A stretch of DNA of 63,142 bases, filler included, from Octopus bimaculoides (GCF_001194135.2; 3 parts of 3 records of this genome joined end to end with filler, not necessarily neighbours in it), one strand, 5' to 3'; shown: positions 12,738 to 25,610, counted from the first letter of the whole stretch. Notes: generated from the letters alone by a model not told the origin. Numbers and translations are program-made.

Positions 12738-14456
12738 TTTAATGACTTCAAACTTTTATAGAGTAACACTTGTCTGGCAAAAGCATTTCTCAATATAATA
12801 TTTCATATTCAAGGTTCAAACTTTTTGGAAGCACAAACAGACAGCAGATATATCTCGTCGTAGGGATTGGGGCATGATTCACTCTTGCAACAATGAAATA
12901 TTGTCACTTTCAAGGTCTCCTAATTCGTGCTACGAAGATGCAATATACGATACAATGATCGGAAAAGCTTGTACAACAAGCCGTGTATTTCCTGGAAATC
13001 ATTCAGACTGAAAATGCATGACTGCCCTTTGAGAAAACGAGAAAAAATCTAGAAAGGATAAGAAGAAAAAGTAAAAGAAAAATGTGAAATTAGAAAAAGG
13101 AAAAGGAAATTTGGAAGTAAAAAAACTAAGAATTCCGTTCCTTTCGTCCGTTAGAATTGGAATAAACGTGGTTGCTGTAATTAATTTAACGGCGAAAGGT
13201 TGAAATTTGTGAGATTGTATGCCCTGTCCGGGGCGGGTGATTTTTCCAGTTCAGTAATAGAAACTTATCTAGGTGCTTGCATTTAATCAAAATCTCTGAG
13301 CGAAAATGCAGTAGGTCAGTGGAGTTCTTACATTTAAAAAAGGGATATGAAATCTTTAGATTATGCAAAGCCTGCGCCTCTTTGATCCGTTAACGTATGG
13401 CGTGATCGTTACACGATACTGTAATTGATAGTGTGTAGTGTATTATTGGCCTTCACGTCCCAGATATGGCTAACTTCGTAGTTTTCTTTTTATTCACATG
13501 TAGAAAAGAAGGCATATCCTTTTTAAGGTTACTTTCGCATATACCAATGTACTTTTACTTTTCAGCTTCATTATTTTGGGACGCTGATGCGACTTCATTT
13601 TCAAAAATCATTGAGCTAATCATCATGCCTTATTGAGTGCGAAAATATGTCGGTCTTTACTGTTACAATTTGGAGTAGCCGCTTGGTGTGACTGCGCGTG
13701 GCAATATTTTTCATGTTAGGTCAGCAGTTGTATTAAACTATCACTGAAGGTGTATTAAAAATTTCTTCTTTGGTTATCTGGAAAATGTTTCTCTATAAAG
13801 GCTAGGAAGTTTCTACCTATGTCAGTCTTAAAATGAAAATAGACTGGTTAGGATAAATTCTTGGCTTGAATAGATAAACATATATATGCGCGTGGCTGTG
13901 TTTGTGAATGTATATGTATGAATATATGTATTATCTATGCTTATGTATATACATTCTTCTATTGTTCATTTTGTTTATTAGAATTCTGCCTAGAAAGAAG
14001 AAGCTGATTTAAAACAAAGAAAGACGGTGCTAACATTAGAATGTTCATAACAACAACACCAGTGCTACACGCTGAATTTTGATAAAATCTTACATGTCAT
14101 AGCCGGTTTTTTCCTTTTGTTGAAAATACAAACTCTTCTTCAAGATATTTACTAGCTTAAACAAGTGCACCCAAAACTATTAGAATAAAAATAAGGTTGT
14201 AGCCAGGATAGAGGAACTGCAAACTGGGAAGTATTCTCCTTAAAATTCTCCTCTCTTATTGTCGAAGACATGGCAGCGAACATTTACGACTATATCTGAT
14301 TTATTTAAATGTTCCAAATAATTAGATCAGGATATCAGGCTTATTGTGTATGCGTTGGATAGGCATTTTGATGGGAATATTCTACCAATATCTCATGCTG
14401 ATATGCCTATATGTATTCGGTAACAGTTCTTCTGTTTATATTTGAATACATCTAAG

Positions 14457-14552
14457 CATGGATGGATAGATGGATGGATGGAAGGATGGATGGATGGATG
14501 GATGGATGGATGGATGGATGGATGGATGGATGGACGGACGGATGGATGGATG
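14457..14552. repeat. (GGAT)n microsatellite
   Basis: Direct reading. Confidence 0.95.
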
Positions 14553-15164
14553 AAGGGATACATGTAAGCGCGATTCTACATGTAAGCGCGGTTCTACCTG
14601 TCTTCTACCGTGTCTTCTTTTAGCCCGCATTTCGACAAATAGAATCAATAAAATAAGTGTCAGATTGAAATCAATACAAAAAATCAACGACTAAATTATT
14701 GAGAGAATTTCCTCAGCATAAGTGCAACCTACAAACTCAGACCAATAAAAGAATGAAATAATTCATTGAAAAGTATTCCTATTATCAGATCAACTTAAGC
14801 GACTACTTATTTGCTGAGTATTCCACAGACATGTTTTCACCTGATCCAAACTTCTAACAGAATCGGTTAGACTTAGTCTGGGTCAAGATCAGCCATTTGA
14901 ATTACATTCATCGAACGGTCGAATATATTTTTGATTATCCAGTTTAAATCAGTGAACCCAAGTTCCTTCCTCATAAAATCACTTGCTATGCAGGTTAGTA
15001 ATACCTACCTATCTCAATTATCTAGGTTTTCTCCATCAAATTACTGAGAATGCCAGCTCCCTATCCAGTGTTATGGGTAAAGAATCCTAGATCTTTTTGT
15101 AATGCATATTTCAGAAAAGTGAAACATTGAGATGAAATTACTTACATTATTCCATGTGATTATA

Positions 15165-15385
15165 AGAGCGGTGAGCTGGTAAAATTGTGAGAGCACTGGA
15201 AGAATAGTTTTGTAAAATTTGCTACGGATCCTTTCGTTCTGAGTGCATATTACATCACCGCCAAATTTGCCTTTCAACTTTTCGGGGCCAAAAATATAAA
15301 GATCCAGTCAAGTACTGTGGTCGGTGACATCGACTAACTCCTTACTATCAAATTGCTGATCTTGCACCTAAATCAGAAACTACTA
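15165..15385 (+). mobile_element. degenerate SINE family 2 copy
   Basis: gcggtgagctggtaaaattg...cgttctgagtgcatattacatcaccgccaaatttgcctttcaacttttcgggg...gacatcgactaactccc is collinear with the 31310 and 39441 copies. Confidence 0.7.
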
Positions 15386-16565
15386 TTTCATTTGCTTATA
15401 GGGATCCAAATTTCAAATGAATCCTCTTAAAAAGGAAGGAGGTATGAAACAATGTGATCTTAAGTACCTTAGAAATATAAGCTGGGCACGATTAGAATAC
15501 CTTTATTGATTTGTCTATTCTATCAGCATTAACATCAAGAGAAATTATGACGATAACCACAATACTATCTACTGTTGATTTACAAATTGTTATGGATAGA
15601 GAGAAATTGTTGTATATATTTGCCGTACACGTATAGCACTTATATAAGGTGTTTGAACAGTGCTTGCCATAACATTAGGTCGAAGCAGTGCTAGTACGTT
15701 CCTTCTTTGTATGTCATAGGAAAGTTTTTATAGCAGCAATACGACTATATTTGAACTCTGCACTGCATCAAACTATGATACTTAATCACAGTTATGTGTG
15801 TTCCCTATGGGTACTGAATAGGAGATAATAGAATATTTCCCCCTCTATCTACAGCTTATATTGTCTGACATTGTATTAACTCAAGCAGCACTTATGCGAA
15901 ATATGTATTAGATTTTTTTATACTGTCTAGTATGTGCTACTTAATATTATGCCAATGTTGGTGTGTGTCACAGAACAAGGTGTAAGTTACTGACAAAAAA
16001 TAAATCTCATCTCAATTTCGATTCCAGTTCGAAATCATTTACCTTTATTCTTAACAATGTATTCAAAATGCATGAAAGTCATCCATTTACTCTCACTTCC
16101 TCATAAAATATGTTACTTGTGGTTAATCAATATATACCGTGCCACATAGCTAACCTGAGTGAGTATGATCAACTCTGTGATTGATAAGATTAACTATAGA
16201 ACTATCTAGACAGCTCTGATAGATATAGATAGACATAGCATAGAAAGTGAAAAGATTCGCATGCTGACAGCAAAGAAGAAGGAATGGATTATGACACTTA
16301 TAGGGGATAAGTGCTCAGGGAATCGAGTCCACAACACAAGTTGTGTTCTTCATTGAAGCCATTTCAGTTTACATATGCTCAAATGCTATTGGGAAGGGCA
16401 TGATTGTAACAACTCTTCTTTTTTAGCCCCTCTAGGGACACTATGCTTATTCAAAAGAAACCAATATTTTAATTAAGTATTGCAGTTTTTCTTTTTGTTA
16501 CTATTTTGTTCAGCACTTGTCATTTCTCCCAATCAAATCTTTGGAAAAATAAAAGAAAATAATAT

Positions 16566-16611
<46 letters not shown>

Positions 16612-17147
16612 GTTGTCTTTTGAACATGGCAACTCACTCATTAAAAAAAATAATAAGTTTCTGCTTTAAGTATTTCTTGCTACTGTGTACGAAAATTGAA
16701 TGCACAGAGCATAAGGAAGGCGCCAAAGTGGTTTCATAGCTTATATCTTTTCTTACATTTTTTTTTCTATTAGTGTAGTTCTAGAACCAGAAACACAGCG
16801 ACTCTTACTGCACCTGATGAATAATATATGAACATGTCCTTCGAGGAAGTGATTAGATATAAAGAACTAACAAATCTCCTGTAATATATTTTTTTCCAAT
16901 TTCTGGTTTCTTAAACTGTGTTGTTTTTTTTATCTACTATATTTATTTTCGTATTTATGTTCTTTCTTTATTGTGTGTATCGAGTGGAGGGCATTATATT
17001 TATAGGAATTTAGATTTCTTTGCTGTAATGAAAGGGAGAGATATTCCATTGCATAGCTGGTTTTAAGGCAGAAGAGAAGAAATGGATCAGTTTATGGCAG
17101 AGGAGGAACAAAGCGCACTTTCAGGTCGAATTATCACTCCTATATAT

Positions 17148-17297
<150 letters not shown>

Positions 17298-17428
17298 GTT
17301 CATAACTACATTATTCTTCTGAACTTACGCTACAGTACATAAATACATATATGAAAACAGCAATAACGGCGCCATCTTGGAATGCAGCTTTAAGACTAAA
17401 TAATCGTGAACCAGATAGAGTAAATAGT

Positions 17429-17459
<31 letters not shown>

Positions 17460-17923
17460 CAGAGAGAGACAGAGAGAGAGAGCGAGAGAAAGGAAAAAAA
17501 GATACTAAGAAGACGAAGAAAAGTAAAAAATAAATAAATGATCAAGCGAAAAATGATAAAGAAGGAAAGAAAGTAGGAAAAAGTAGAAGAAATCAGCCGA
17601 ATTAAAACAAAAGCGATAATGGAAGTAAGATAATGGCTTAGAAGGCAGGGGCGTATTTAAGATGGCTGGTGTTGGTGCAAGGAGAGAAATAAATCCTTCA
17701 AAGTAGCATGAGTAAAGTGTTGTTCGAAAATAACACCGCGTTGTTGAGGAACTTTGCTTCTAGCAGAATGTTGAGAAAGTTCCCATGCATGATTCCGCTT
17801 TAGTTTGCCATATCCTAACATTATATTTTGACACTATTTATTATTATCCAAACATATATTTCTCTTCGCTTCCATTCATCCTTGCTCTTCATATACGCAC
17901 TCTATTTGCTTATCTATATTTAT

Positions 17924-17924
<1 letters not shown>

Positions 17925-17957
<33 letters not shown>

Positions 17958-18012
17958 AATCTATCAATCTATCTATCTATCTATCTATCTATCTACCTAC
18001 CTACCTACCTAC

Positions 18013-18072
<60 letters not shown>

Positions 18073-18075
18073 TTA
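17925..18075. repeat. (TATC)n/(TACC)n microsatellite
   Basis: Direct reading. Confidence 0.95.
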
Positions 18076-18187
18076 TCTAAACTTTCTATTTATATTTCCT
18101 TTCTTACAGCAATCTTTTATTTTTTTATATTACTATGTTCATCTTAACCTATTATAAACATTTTATATTTCTGGCTTTGTTCTCTTT

Positions 18188-18290
18188 CTCCCTCTCTCTC
18201 TCAATCACTCCTTCTTTGATGCATCTATCTCTCTCTCCCTCTCTCTCTCAATTATTCCTTCTTTGATGCATCTATCTCTCTCTCCCTCTC
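18188..18290. repeat. 47-bp tandem duplication
   Basis: Unit ctccctctctctctcaatNaNtccttctttgatgcatctatctctct starts at 18188 and again at 18235. Confidence 0.85.
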
Positions 18291-19328
18291 TTTATCGCAC
18301 TTCGTCTTTCTATATTTATTGTTATCTACATTTCCCCCCTTACTCCCTTCATTTGTTCTACATTCTCTTTCTGTAAATGTTTTTCTCAACCACTTGCTAT
18401 ATCTACCAAATCTTTCTGCAACTTATTACATTTACATTGTACCATACATCACGTTTTCGTCCCTGTCTTTCTTTTTTAGGTTTATTTCTCATCATATTAT
18501 TTCTCTTTCTTGTTTTTAGTCTCTATTACTTTCGTCATTTCTAATTTTCATGCTCTTATACTCTTACTATCTTTTTCTATCTACCTTCTCTTTAAATCTC
18601 TTTCCCTCCATCTCCCACTATCTCACTTACTCACTCACACTCTTTCCCCCCTGTCTATTTCTCTTCCTATTTATCTAAAATGGTATGTTATTTTCACTTA
18701 CTCTCTTCTTTTAGAGTTATCGTATATGAATCTTTACATTTCTACTTTTTATTCTCTGTGCCCCTTGTAATCGTCTGCTGTTTTTAGCCTCCTAGCTACC
18801 ACTTATCCTTTCACCCAATGCTCCGAAACGAGAAGTAGGAGTAAAAAATAGATCGACAGAAAATGTAAAAGAGAAAGATGATGATGGTGATGACGACAAC
18901 GATGACGAGGAAGGGGAAGAGGAGGATGACGACGATGATGATGATCGTGATAACTACGACGAAAATGACGATGATGATGATCATGATGTCCATGATGACG
19001 ACGAAGAGGGAGAATAAAATACGTTGTCGTCCGTCCACCGTTACTTTAGGCAGTTAACTAAATGCCATGCCTCAATGTACAACTGTTATTTCAACCAGTT
19101 AGCTGCTCTACTTTGTTGTGCCCTCATATACACATTACGTTCTTTGTTGGAATTTTGGCATTTCAATGGTAAGGATTTGCTTATTTCGTGAACTAATATC
19201 CGGGCTCACTCTCACCTCCAGGACAAGTGTCACTATTTGCAAGCCTACAATTAAGACGGATCAGTGACAAGAAATTACAGACATACATAGATGTATATAT
19301 ATAAGTATATATGTATACATACGCGCGC

Positions 19329-19363
<35 letters not shown>

Positions 19364-19377
19364 TGTATGTGTGTGTA

Positions 19378-19431
<54 letters not shown>

Positions 19432-19747
19432 CAAATATTCATATACATACCACGCAACCGCGGTCTGAGAGATTATATGCATGCAAACACACACGTGCAC
19501 ACATACACATCCATAATTATATATGAATACACATGTGTGTGTACGTGTGTATGTGTGTATAAGCATATATGCATGCAGACACATATATAAACATATATAA
19601 ATCTAAATCTCCACATACATTTATATATATATATATATATATACATACAAAATAAAAATACCTACATGTCTATATATATGTATATATATATATATAACGT
19701 AAGTTTATCTACACATATGCATGTAAATATGTATACGTATGCGTATG

Positions 19748-19809
<62 letters not shown>

Positions 19810-20312
19810 TGCATGCAAGTATGTATAAACTCTAATTCACTTTTACGTGTAAGACATTATACTTAGTTTGTTTTTGACGGTTATATATTGAACGTTGGTG
19901 GTTTCTTTTCAACTCTAAACAACAGCGCAATGCACAGATATCTGCTAAGACCATTTATGACGTATCTTTAAGTAAGTCACCTTCCAGGCATTAGTAAATG
20001 CTATTCACTAGGAGAAGGGAACTTACAATGGAAATGGAGTGCTAGAAGATAGTCGTAGAGAAAAAGGAAAAAGAAAGAGGGAGTGTGTGAGTGTGAGAGA
20101 GACAGAGAGTATGACAGAAGCAATAGTTAATGGGAGAGACAAAGAGAGAGACAAAGAGAGAGATAGAGAGATGTTCGACTGAACAGGAAATGAATAGGAA
20201 AATTAAAATTTAATATAAAGTCCATTATCGAAAAGGCAAGGTCTCAAATTTGAATTGCTGTATAGTAACAAATTGAACATATGCACATTGCATACACGCT
20301 AACACACAGACA

Positions 20313-20399
<87 letters not shown>

Positions 20400-20476
20400 T
20401 AGCGTCTATGCGATGTGCATGTGTAATTTGTTACTATATAACAATTCGATTTTGGGATCTTGTATGCATATATTTT

Positions 20477-20640
20477 GGAGTGGCTGTTTGGTAAGTAGCT
20501 TTCTTACCAACCACATGGTTCCGGGTTCAGTCCCATTGTATGGCACCTTGGGCAAGTGTCTTCTGCTATAGCCTCGAGCCGACCAAAGCCTTGTAAGTGG
20601 ATTTGGTAGACGGAAAACGAAAGAAACGCGTCGTGTATGA

Positions 20641-20682
<42 letters not shown>

Positions 20683-20843
20683 CTGTGACGACCGATGCCG
20701 GTACATTTACGGACTGGCATCGGTTGGACATAAGTGACCGATAGAATAAGTACTAGGCTTACAAAGAATAAGTCCAGGAGTAGATTTGCTCGACTAAAGG
20801 TGGTGCTCCAGCATGACCGCAGTCAAATGACTGCAACAAGTAA
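20477..20843 (+). mobile_element. tRNA-derived SINE family 1, near full length
   Basis: A-box-like tggctgtttggtaa, B-box-like ggttcagtccc, CORE-like caccttgggcaagtgtctt, internal (TG)n, and 3' tail ...gcagtcaaatgactgcaacaagtaa. Confidence 0.92.
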
Positions 20844-20852
20844 TATATACAT

Positions 20853-21150
20853 TTCTTTTATTAGCCACACAGGGCTCAACGAAGATGGGACAAATACAAT
20901 GTAGAACTTTTCTTTTTGGGAGGGGGAAGGGAAAAAAAGGGGGGCGATCAAAAGGGATCGTAGGAAGGAAAAGGGGGAGTTCGATCAAAAGGGATCGAAA
21001 AAAAAAAAGGGCGATCAATAGGGATCGTGTATCACACAGTAATGTTCTCGTGTAAAAGGAGGGGAGGACAGTTTAGGTTTGGCCGTGGAAAGAAAAGCTT
21101 ACGGAAAAGACCACGGTAACCTTGGTCAATATTCTCATTGAAGAAACTAT
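20853..21150 (-). mobile_element. probable 3' UTR end of a 5'-truncated LINE
   Basis: The reverse strand ends ...gagccctgtgtggctaataaaagaaatg (poly(A) signal) after C/T-rich tracts and repeated cgatc hairpins. It resembles octopus LINE 3' ends from memory; no ORF remains. Confidence 0.4.
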
Positions 21151-21218
21151 AACAGTAAGTGACTCTCTTTTGCCTTTTTTTTTTCTTTTTTTTTCTTGGA
21201 TTTTTTTTTAGTTCATAG

Positions 21219-21262
<44 letters not shown>

Positions 21263-21901
21263 CACGTATAAATATGTATATATGTATGTTATTATTCAAT
21301 TTTATTCCAAGATTTCTTAGGGTAATTAACAAGTTTGTTTCAAAGAAATACAGATAATGTCATGTTGGAAATTGAATTACAAGGTCGAGTCTCTGAGCTG
21401 GAGATGGCGATACGTTGATGCGCAAATCTTTGCAAGTTGAATATATTTTGGTTTATGCTGATAATGTTTCCTCGTAAAGTTGCTGCACTTCACAGATAAG
21501 TACGCAGGATACCAATATAGGTATTACTTCAGATATCCAGAATACTAACTAACCAAGCTGATATAAATTCTAGCACTGAATTGGAAGTTTCTTTGTATAA
21601 GCATATCATTTGTGGCTCTACATTATGTTGGGTTATCGATGATATGTAAATTTACATTTTAAATGGCTATTCAATAAGCAAGTCTTTTCTGTGCCTGAGT
21701 ACAGGACGTCACCAACTGTGTAAACAACATGGAGTTCGTAAACAAACTACTTTCCCTTCGTTCTGGTCTAACGACTCTCCATGTTTGTTTTCGTTCGGCT
21801 TCCTTTTATGTATCCATTGTCCAGTTTTTGTTCCCAAATTTGACCCTCCAAAAATCCAAAATTCTATTTTGGAATTTATAGGAACAACTGTTTTCGAAGA
21901 C

Positions 21902-21963
21902 TCATATTGTCGTTGAATGCTCGAAATGATGTGTAAATAGGCAGACGACAACTGATGAAGTGT
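21902..21963 (+). ncRNA. candidate non-circularly permuted hammerhead ribozyme, intact core
   Basis: tcat-A(21906, cleavage) / stem I ttgtcgtt 21907-14 pairing gacgacaa 21944-51 / gctc-GAAA(21923-26)-tga pairing tcat / CTGATGA 21952-58, extra A, gtgt pairing gctc. Stems covary with the 52145 copy. Confidence 0.6.
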
Positions 21964-22183
21964 CGCTCTTTGTGTTACTTGTCTTGTTTTCCATTTTTTT
22001 TCTCTCGTTGTTTGCGTATTTAACTCGTTTGTTTACACAGTTTGTGACTTCATGTACCCGTATATGCATATAGATATTATATTACATTATGTATATATAT
22101 ATATATATNNNNNNNNNNNNNNNNNNNNNNNNNNNNNNNNNNNNNNNNNNNNNNNNNNNNNNNNNNNNNNNNNNNNATATATA

Positions 22184-23473
22184 TGGCGGTCTCACAAAGT
22201 TCCTGGATTAATATTGTTGAATGCAAAATAATTTATTTATTTAAGTTTTAACATCAGCTGCTCCTTTGAAATAGTAACTTTGCGCAGCAATACGCCGTTT
22301 CCGACGTTCCTGCCACTTTTGGAATACGGCCTTGAAGTCGTTTTCCATAAACGAATCGAGAATCTTCCGCGGTTCCCTCTAGATCTTGACAACGGTGTTA
22401 AAATGTCGAACGTTGAGCTTCATTTTCACCTTTGGGAGGAGACAGAAATACGTAGGTGCTGAACCTGGCGAATAGCGCGGGTGCGGAGCGATCATGTTGT
22501 CTTTGGCGGGAAACTCGGTAACAGGGTTCATTGCCGTCGTGAAGAATTCAATTCTTCGCTCTCCACAGATCCGGTTGCTTTCGTCGAATGTCCTCCCTCA
22601 AACAGTTCAAAAGGTTTCTGTAGAACTCTTGATTGACGGTCTGGCCCTGGTGGATCAATTCTCAATGCAAAATACCGCGGATGTCAGAAAAAGACGGTGA
22701 GCATACTCTTGATTGAGCTGTGGTTCTGTCGAGCGTTTTTCGGTCGTGGAGATGAAGTCTTCTTCCATTGTGACAACTGCTGCTTCGTCTCAGGATCGTA
22801 CTCGTAGCCCCAATTCTCGTCACCGGTGAAAATCATCGACACGAAGGATGGGTCTCAGCGGCACGCTGACGGAGATTTTCACAGACATCAACGCGATGTT
22901 CTCTCTGCTCAGTGGTCAGCAGGTGGACGACAAACTTGGGAGAGACGCGCAACATGTTCAATTCAGATGTTTGGGTTGCTTGCATTGACCCATACGACAG
23001 ACAAATAACATCAGCAATGCCGTTGATTGTCCTCCAAAGATTCTCATGCGCAAACTGATGAATTTTCTCCGCATTTCCTGGAGTGACGCTCATACCAGGT
23101 CTTCCAGAACTCTCATCGTCATCAGGGACATTCTACTGCTTTTGAAATGCCTGCATCACTATAAACATTGCATGTGACCCATTACCTCGTCGCTGTAAGT
23201 TTGCCAAAGCATGCCCAATGTTTCTGTATTAGATTTCCCGAGCTTAACACAAAATTTCACGTTGGCTTTTTGTTCCAACTTCCTGTCCATGGCAAAATTG
23301 CAGACTACTGAATACACGTGATCTCACAAACACAAATTTCACAACTTGTGAAGTAAACACAGTGATATCCATCGGCATATTGCCTTATGATGTTCGCTGC
23401 TAGCTCTCACTACTCAGGCAAACGTGTGCTGCTATCTGTTGACACGCTACAGAGCTAGTCCGGGAACTATTGG
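22184..23473 (-). mobile_element. mariner transposon, near full length, family B
   Basis: TA + tggcggtctcacaaagttcctggattaat at 22184. The partial inverted match tagtccgggaactattg is at 23456-23472 and its outer end is replaced by a SINE. A full-length decayed transposase lies inside. Confidence 0.92.
22241..23290 (-). pseudogene. mariner transposase pseudogene
   Basis: MDRKLEQKANVKFCVKLGKS...SGRP...SPKFVVHLLTTEQREHR...IFTGDENWGYEYDPETKQQ...GQTVNQEFY...ILHD...FQKWQERRKRRIAAQSYYFKG, with stops and frameshifts. Confidence 0.93.
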
Positions 23474-23890
23474 CTCTGTGGTAAGAAGTTTTCTTCCCAA
23501 CCACATGGCTTCAGGTTCAATCCCCCAGCGTGGCACCTTGGGCAAATATGTTCCACTATACCCCTGAGTGAACCAATGCTTTGCCTTGTGAGTGGATATG
23601 GTAGATGAAAACCGAAAGAAGCCCGTCGTGTACGTATATGTGTGTGTGTGTGTGCGAAAATGTGTGTACGTATATTTGATTTTGTGATGTGTTTTTTCCC
23701 CTTACCGCTTGACAACCGGGGTTTTTGTGTTCACATCCCCGTAACTTGCGGTTCAGCTAAAGGAACCGACAGAAAAAGCAGCATGCTTAAAATAATTAGT
23801 GTTGGTGATGATTCGTTTGACGAAAATTCTGCAAAACTATACCACAGCTTGGTCAAGATCTAATGATTGAAGCAAGTAAAAAATAAGACA
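23470..23890 (+). mobile_element. tRNA-derived SINE family 1, full length, diverged
   Basis: ggctctgtggtaagaag...ggttcaatcccc...gcaccttgggcaaat...cccgtcgtg, (TG)n, gcttgacaaccgg...ccccgtaacttgcggttc...aatgattgaagcaagtaaa. Confidence 0.88.
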
Positions 23891-24742
23891 TAAAGATACC
23901 ATTCTCACTTTCGTCAGTCTAGCTCGACAACTGGTGACCTCCACCACCCATGATAGAGCCTTTTCAGCCAATCACAAAGCTTCCACATGATTATCTACTT
24001 GCTAGGAATAGTAGCCTAATCTCTTCCAAAACGTAACCGTGTCTCTTACATGCAACAATGTTACATAAAAAAATAGGATGTTTGCAATCAAAACACTTTT
24101 CATTGTAGATTATCCCAACCAGGAATGACCTGTGGCTAAACAACATCAGCAGCAATAATAACGTTTTCCAGTAGCTATCTCATGATAATAAAGCTATTAG
24201 ACCATTTATCGAGAGTGATTTAAATGTTATGGAGACGGGTTTCTGAAGTTTTCAGACACTATGTCCTGCGGCAATTTTGATAGCGTTTCATTTCATTCAA
24301 AATGGCGACCAGTGAATTCGGCCAATGAATTGGCTAAATAGAAAATTCCCCACAGATATTTTAATATGATCAATTTCACTTACATAAAATTTCAGGTCTG
24401 TTAATGTTATAATTTTTTGGTTGCAGTAGTTATTATTGTGGTTAGTGGTGGTGCTGCTGCTGCTCCTGTTATTTATGTTTTTATTAATTTGTTTTTTCCT
24501 CTTTTTGTTGCTTAAAAATGTCTTATTTGTGTTTATGGTGGTTCTGAATATTAGAATTTTGTCGAGAAGGATGACAGAGTAGCAGTATAGTAAATAACCT
24601 ACAATGTGTTTAATACATTCTTCCTATTTTGAATTCAAATGGCACCAGTACCATCAATCCTTTTATTTTGCAGGCTTTTATCAAAATAAAGTACCGCTCA
24701 GATATTGGTAGCTGCCTAACACATGTACCTATCTTTCAAATT

Positions 24743-24817
24743 TATAATTTTGCACCTTTATTAGAAACAATTATTATAATTTTGCACCTTTATTAGAAAC
24801 AATTATTATATTTTTGC
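24743..24817. repeat. 32-bp tandem duplication (about 2.3 units)
   Basis: tataattttgcacctttattagaaacaattat at 24743 and 24775, partial third unit. Confidence 0.9.
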
Positions 24818-25139
24818 GGAGGCTGATTGAGTCATGGGACTTTAAATGTAATAATTACTGCTTCTTTCATAGTTCAAACTTTATCAAAATCGATTTCGCA
24901 ATTCATAATTTAAGGTTCGAAAAGCATTGCTTAGAGAAGTCAGTAAAATAAGTACTAAATGAAGGAGTCGATATAATTCGTTGTACCTTTTTTTGCAAAT
25001 AATGCTCTCTTTTGTGCGACATTATTGTTTCAGAAAATTCTGGTTGTCAAAGCGTAATGGGGGACAAACACAACACAAACACAAAGACATACACACCCAA
25101 ACACATACGCATGTATGTATATATATATATGTATATATA

Positions 25140-25312
25140 TATATGGAAGAATGTACGAAAAACAACAACAGACGAGGACAGGTGGTGTAAATAACAAAAG
25201 GATGTATTAGTATGACGCTCGGGAATACGGAAAGTCTTTGACGTTTCGAGCTACGCTCTTCAACAGAAAGAATACGGAGACAAGGAGAAAAACACGGAGA
25301 AAAAAAATTGAA
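25140..25312 (-). mobile_element. Penelope-like element terminus, second copy
   Basis: Reverse complement is collinear with 7700-7862 and carries the same hammerhead-like motif. Confidence 0.6.
25235..25271 (-). ncRNA. minimal type I hammerhead-like ribozyme motif (core CUGUUGA, A6U variant)
   Basis: Reverse strand tcttt-CTGTTGA-A-gagc-gta-gctc-GAAA-cg-TC-aaaga: 5-bp stem I, perfect 4-bp stem II, ACGT palindrome, GUC cleavage triplet. Confidence 0.55.
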
Positions 25313-25467
25313 ATATATGTATATATATGTGTGTAGACATATACATACATACATATGTGTGTGCATATGTGTTTGAACGAGGGGTTGTGTGGGGAGGTAT
25401 ATGTGAGTTTTTTGCGCACTTCTTTATCCCCTTTCAACCTTTTATATATATATATATATATATATAT

Positions 25468-25567
25468 NNNNNNNNNNNNNNNNNNNNNNNNNNNNNNNNN
25501 NNNNNNNNNNNTTAATTAATTAANNNNNNNNNNNNNNNNNNNNNNNNNNNNNNNNNNNNNNNNNNNN
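25468..25567. other. artificial assembly spacer N44-TTAATTAATTAA-N44
   Basis: Exactly 100 bp; the 12-mer has stop codons in all six frames; identical construct at 50939-51038. Confidence 0.93.
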
Positions 25568-25610
<43 letters not shown>

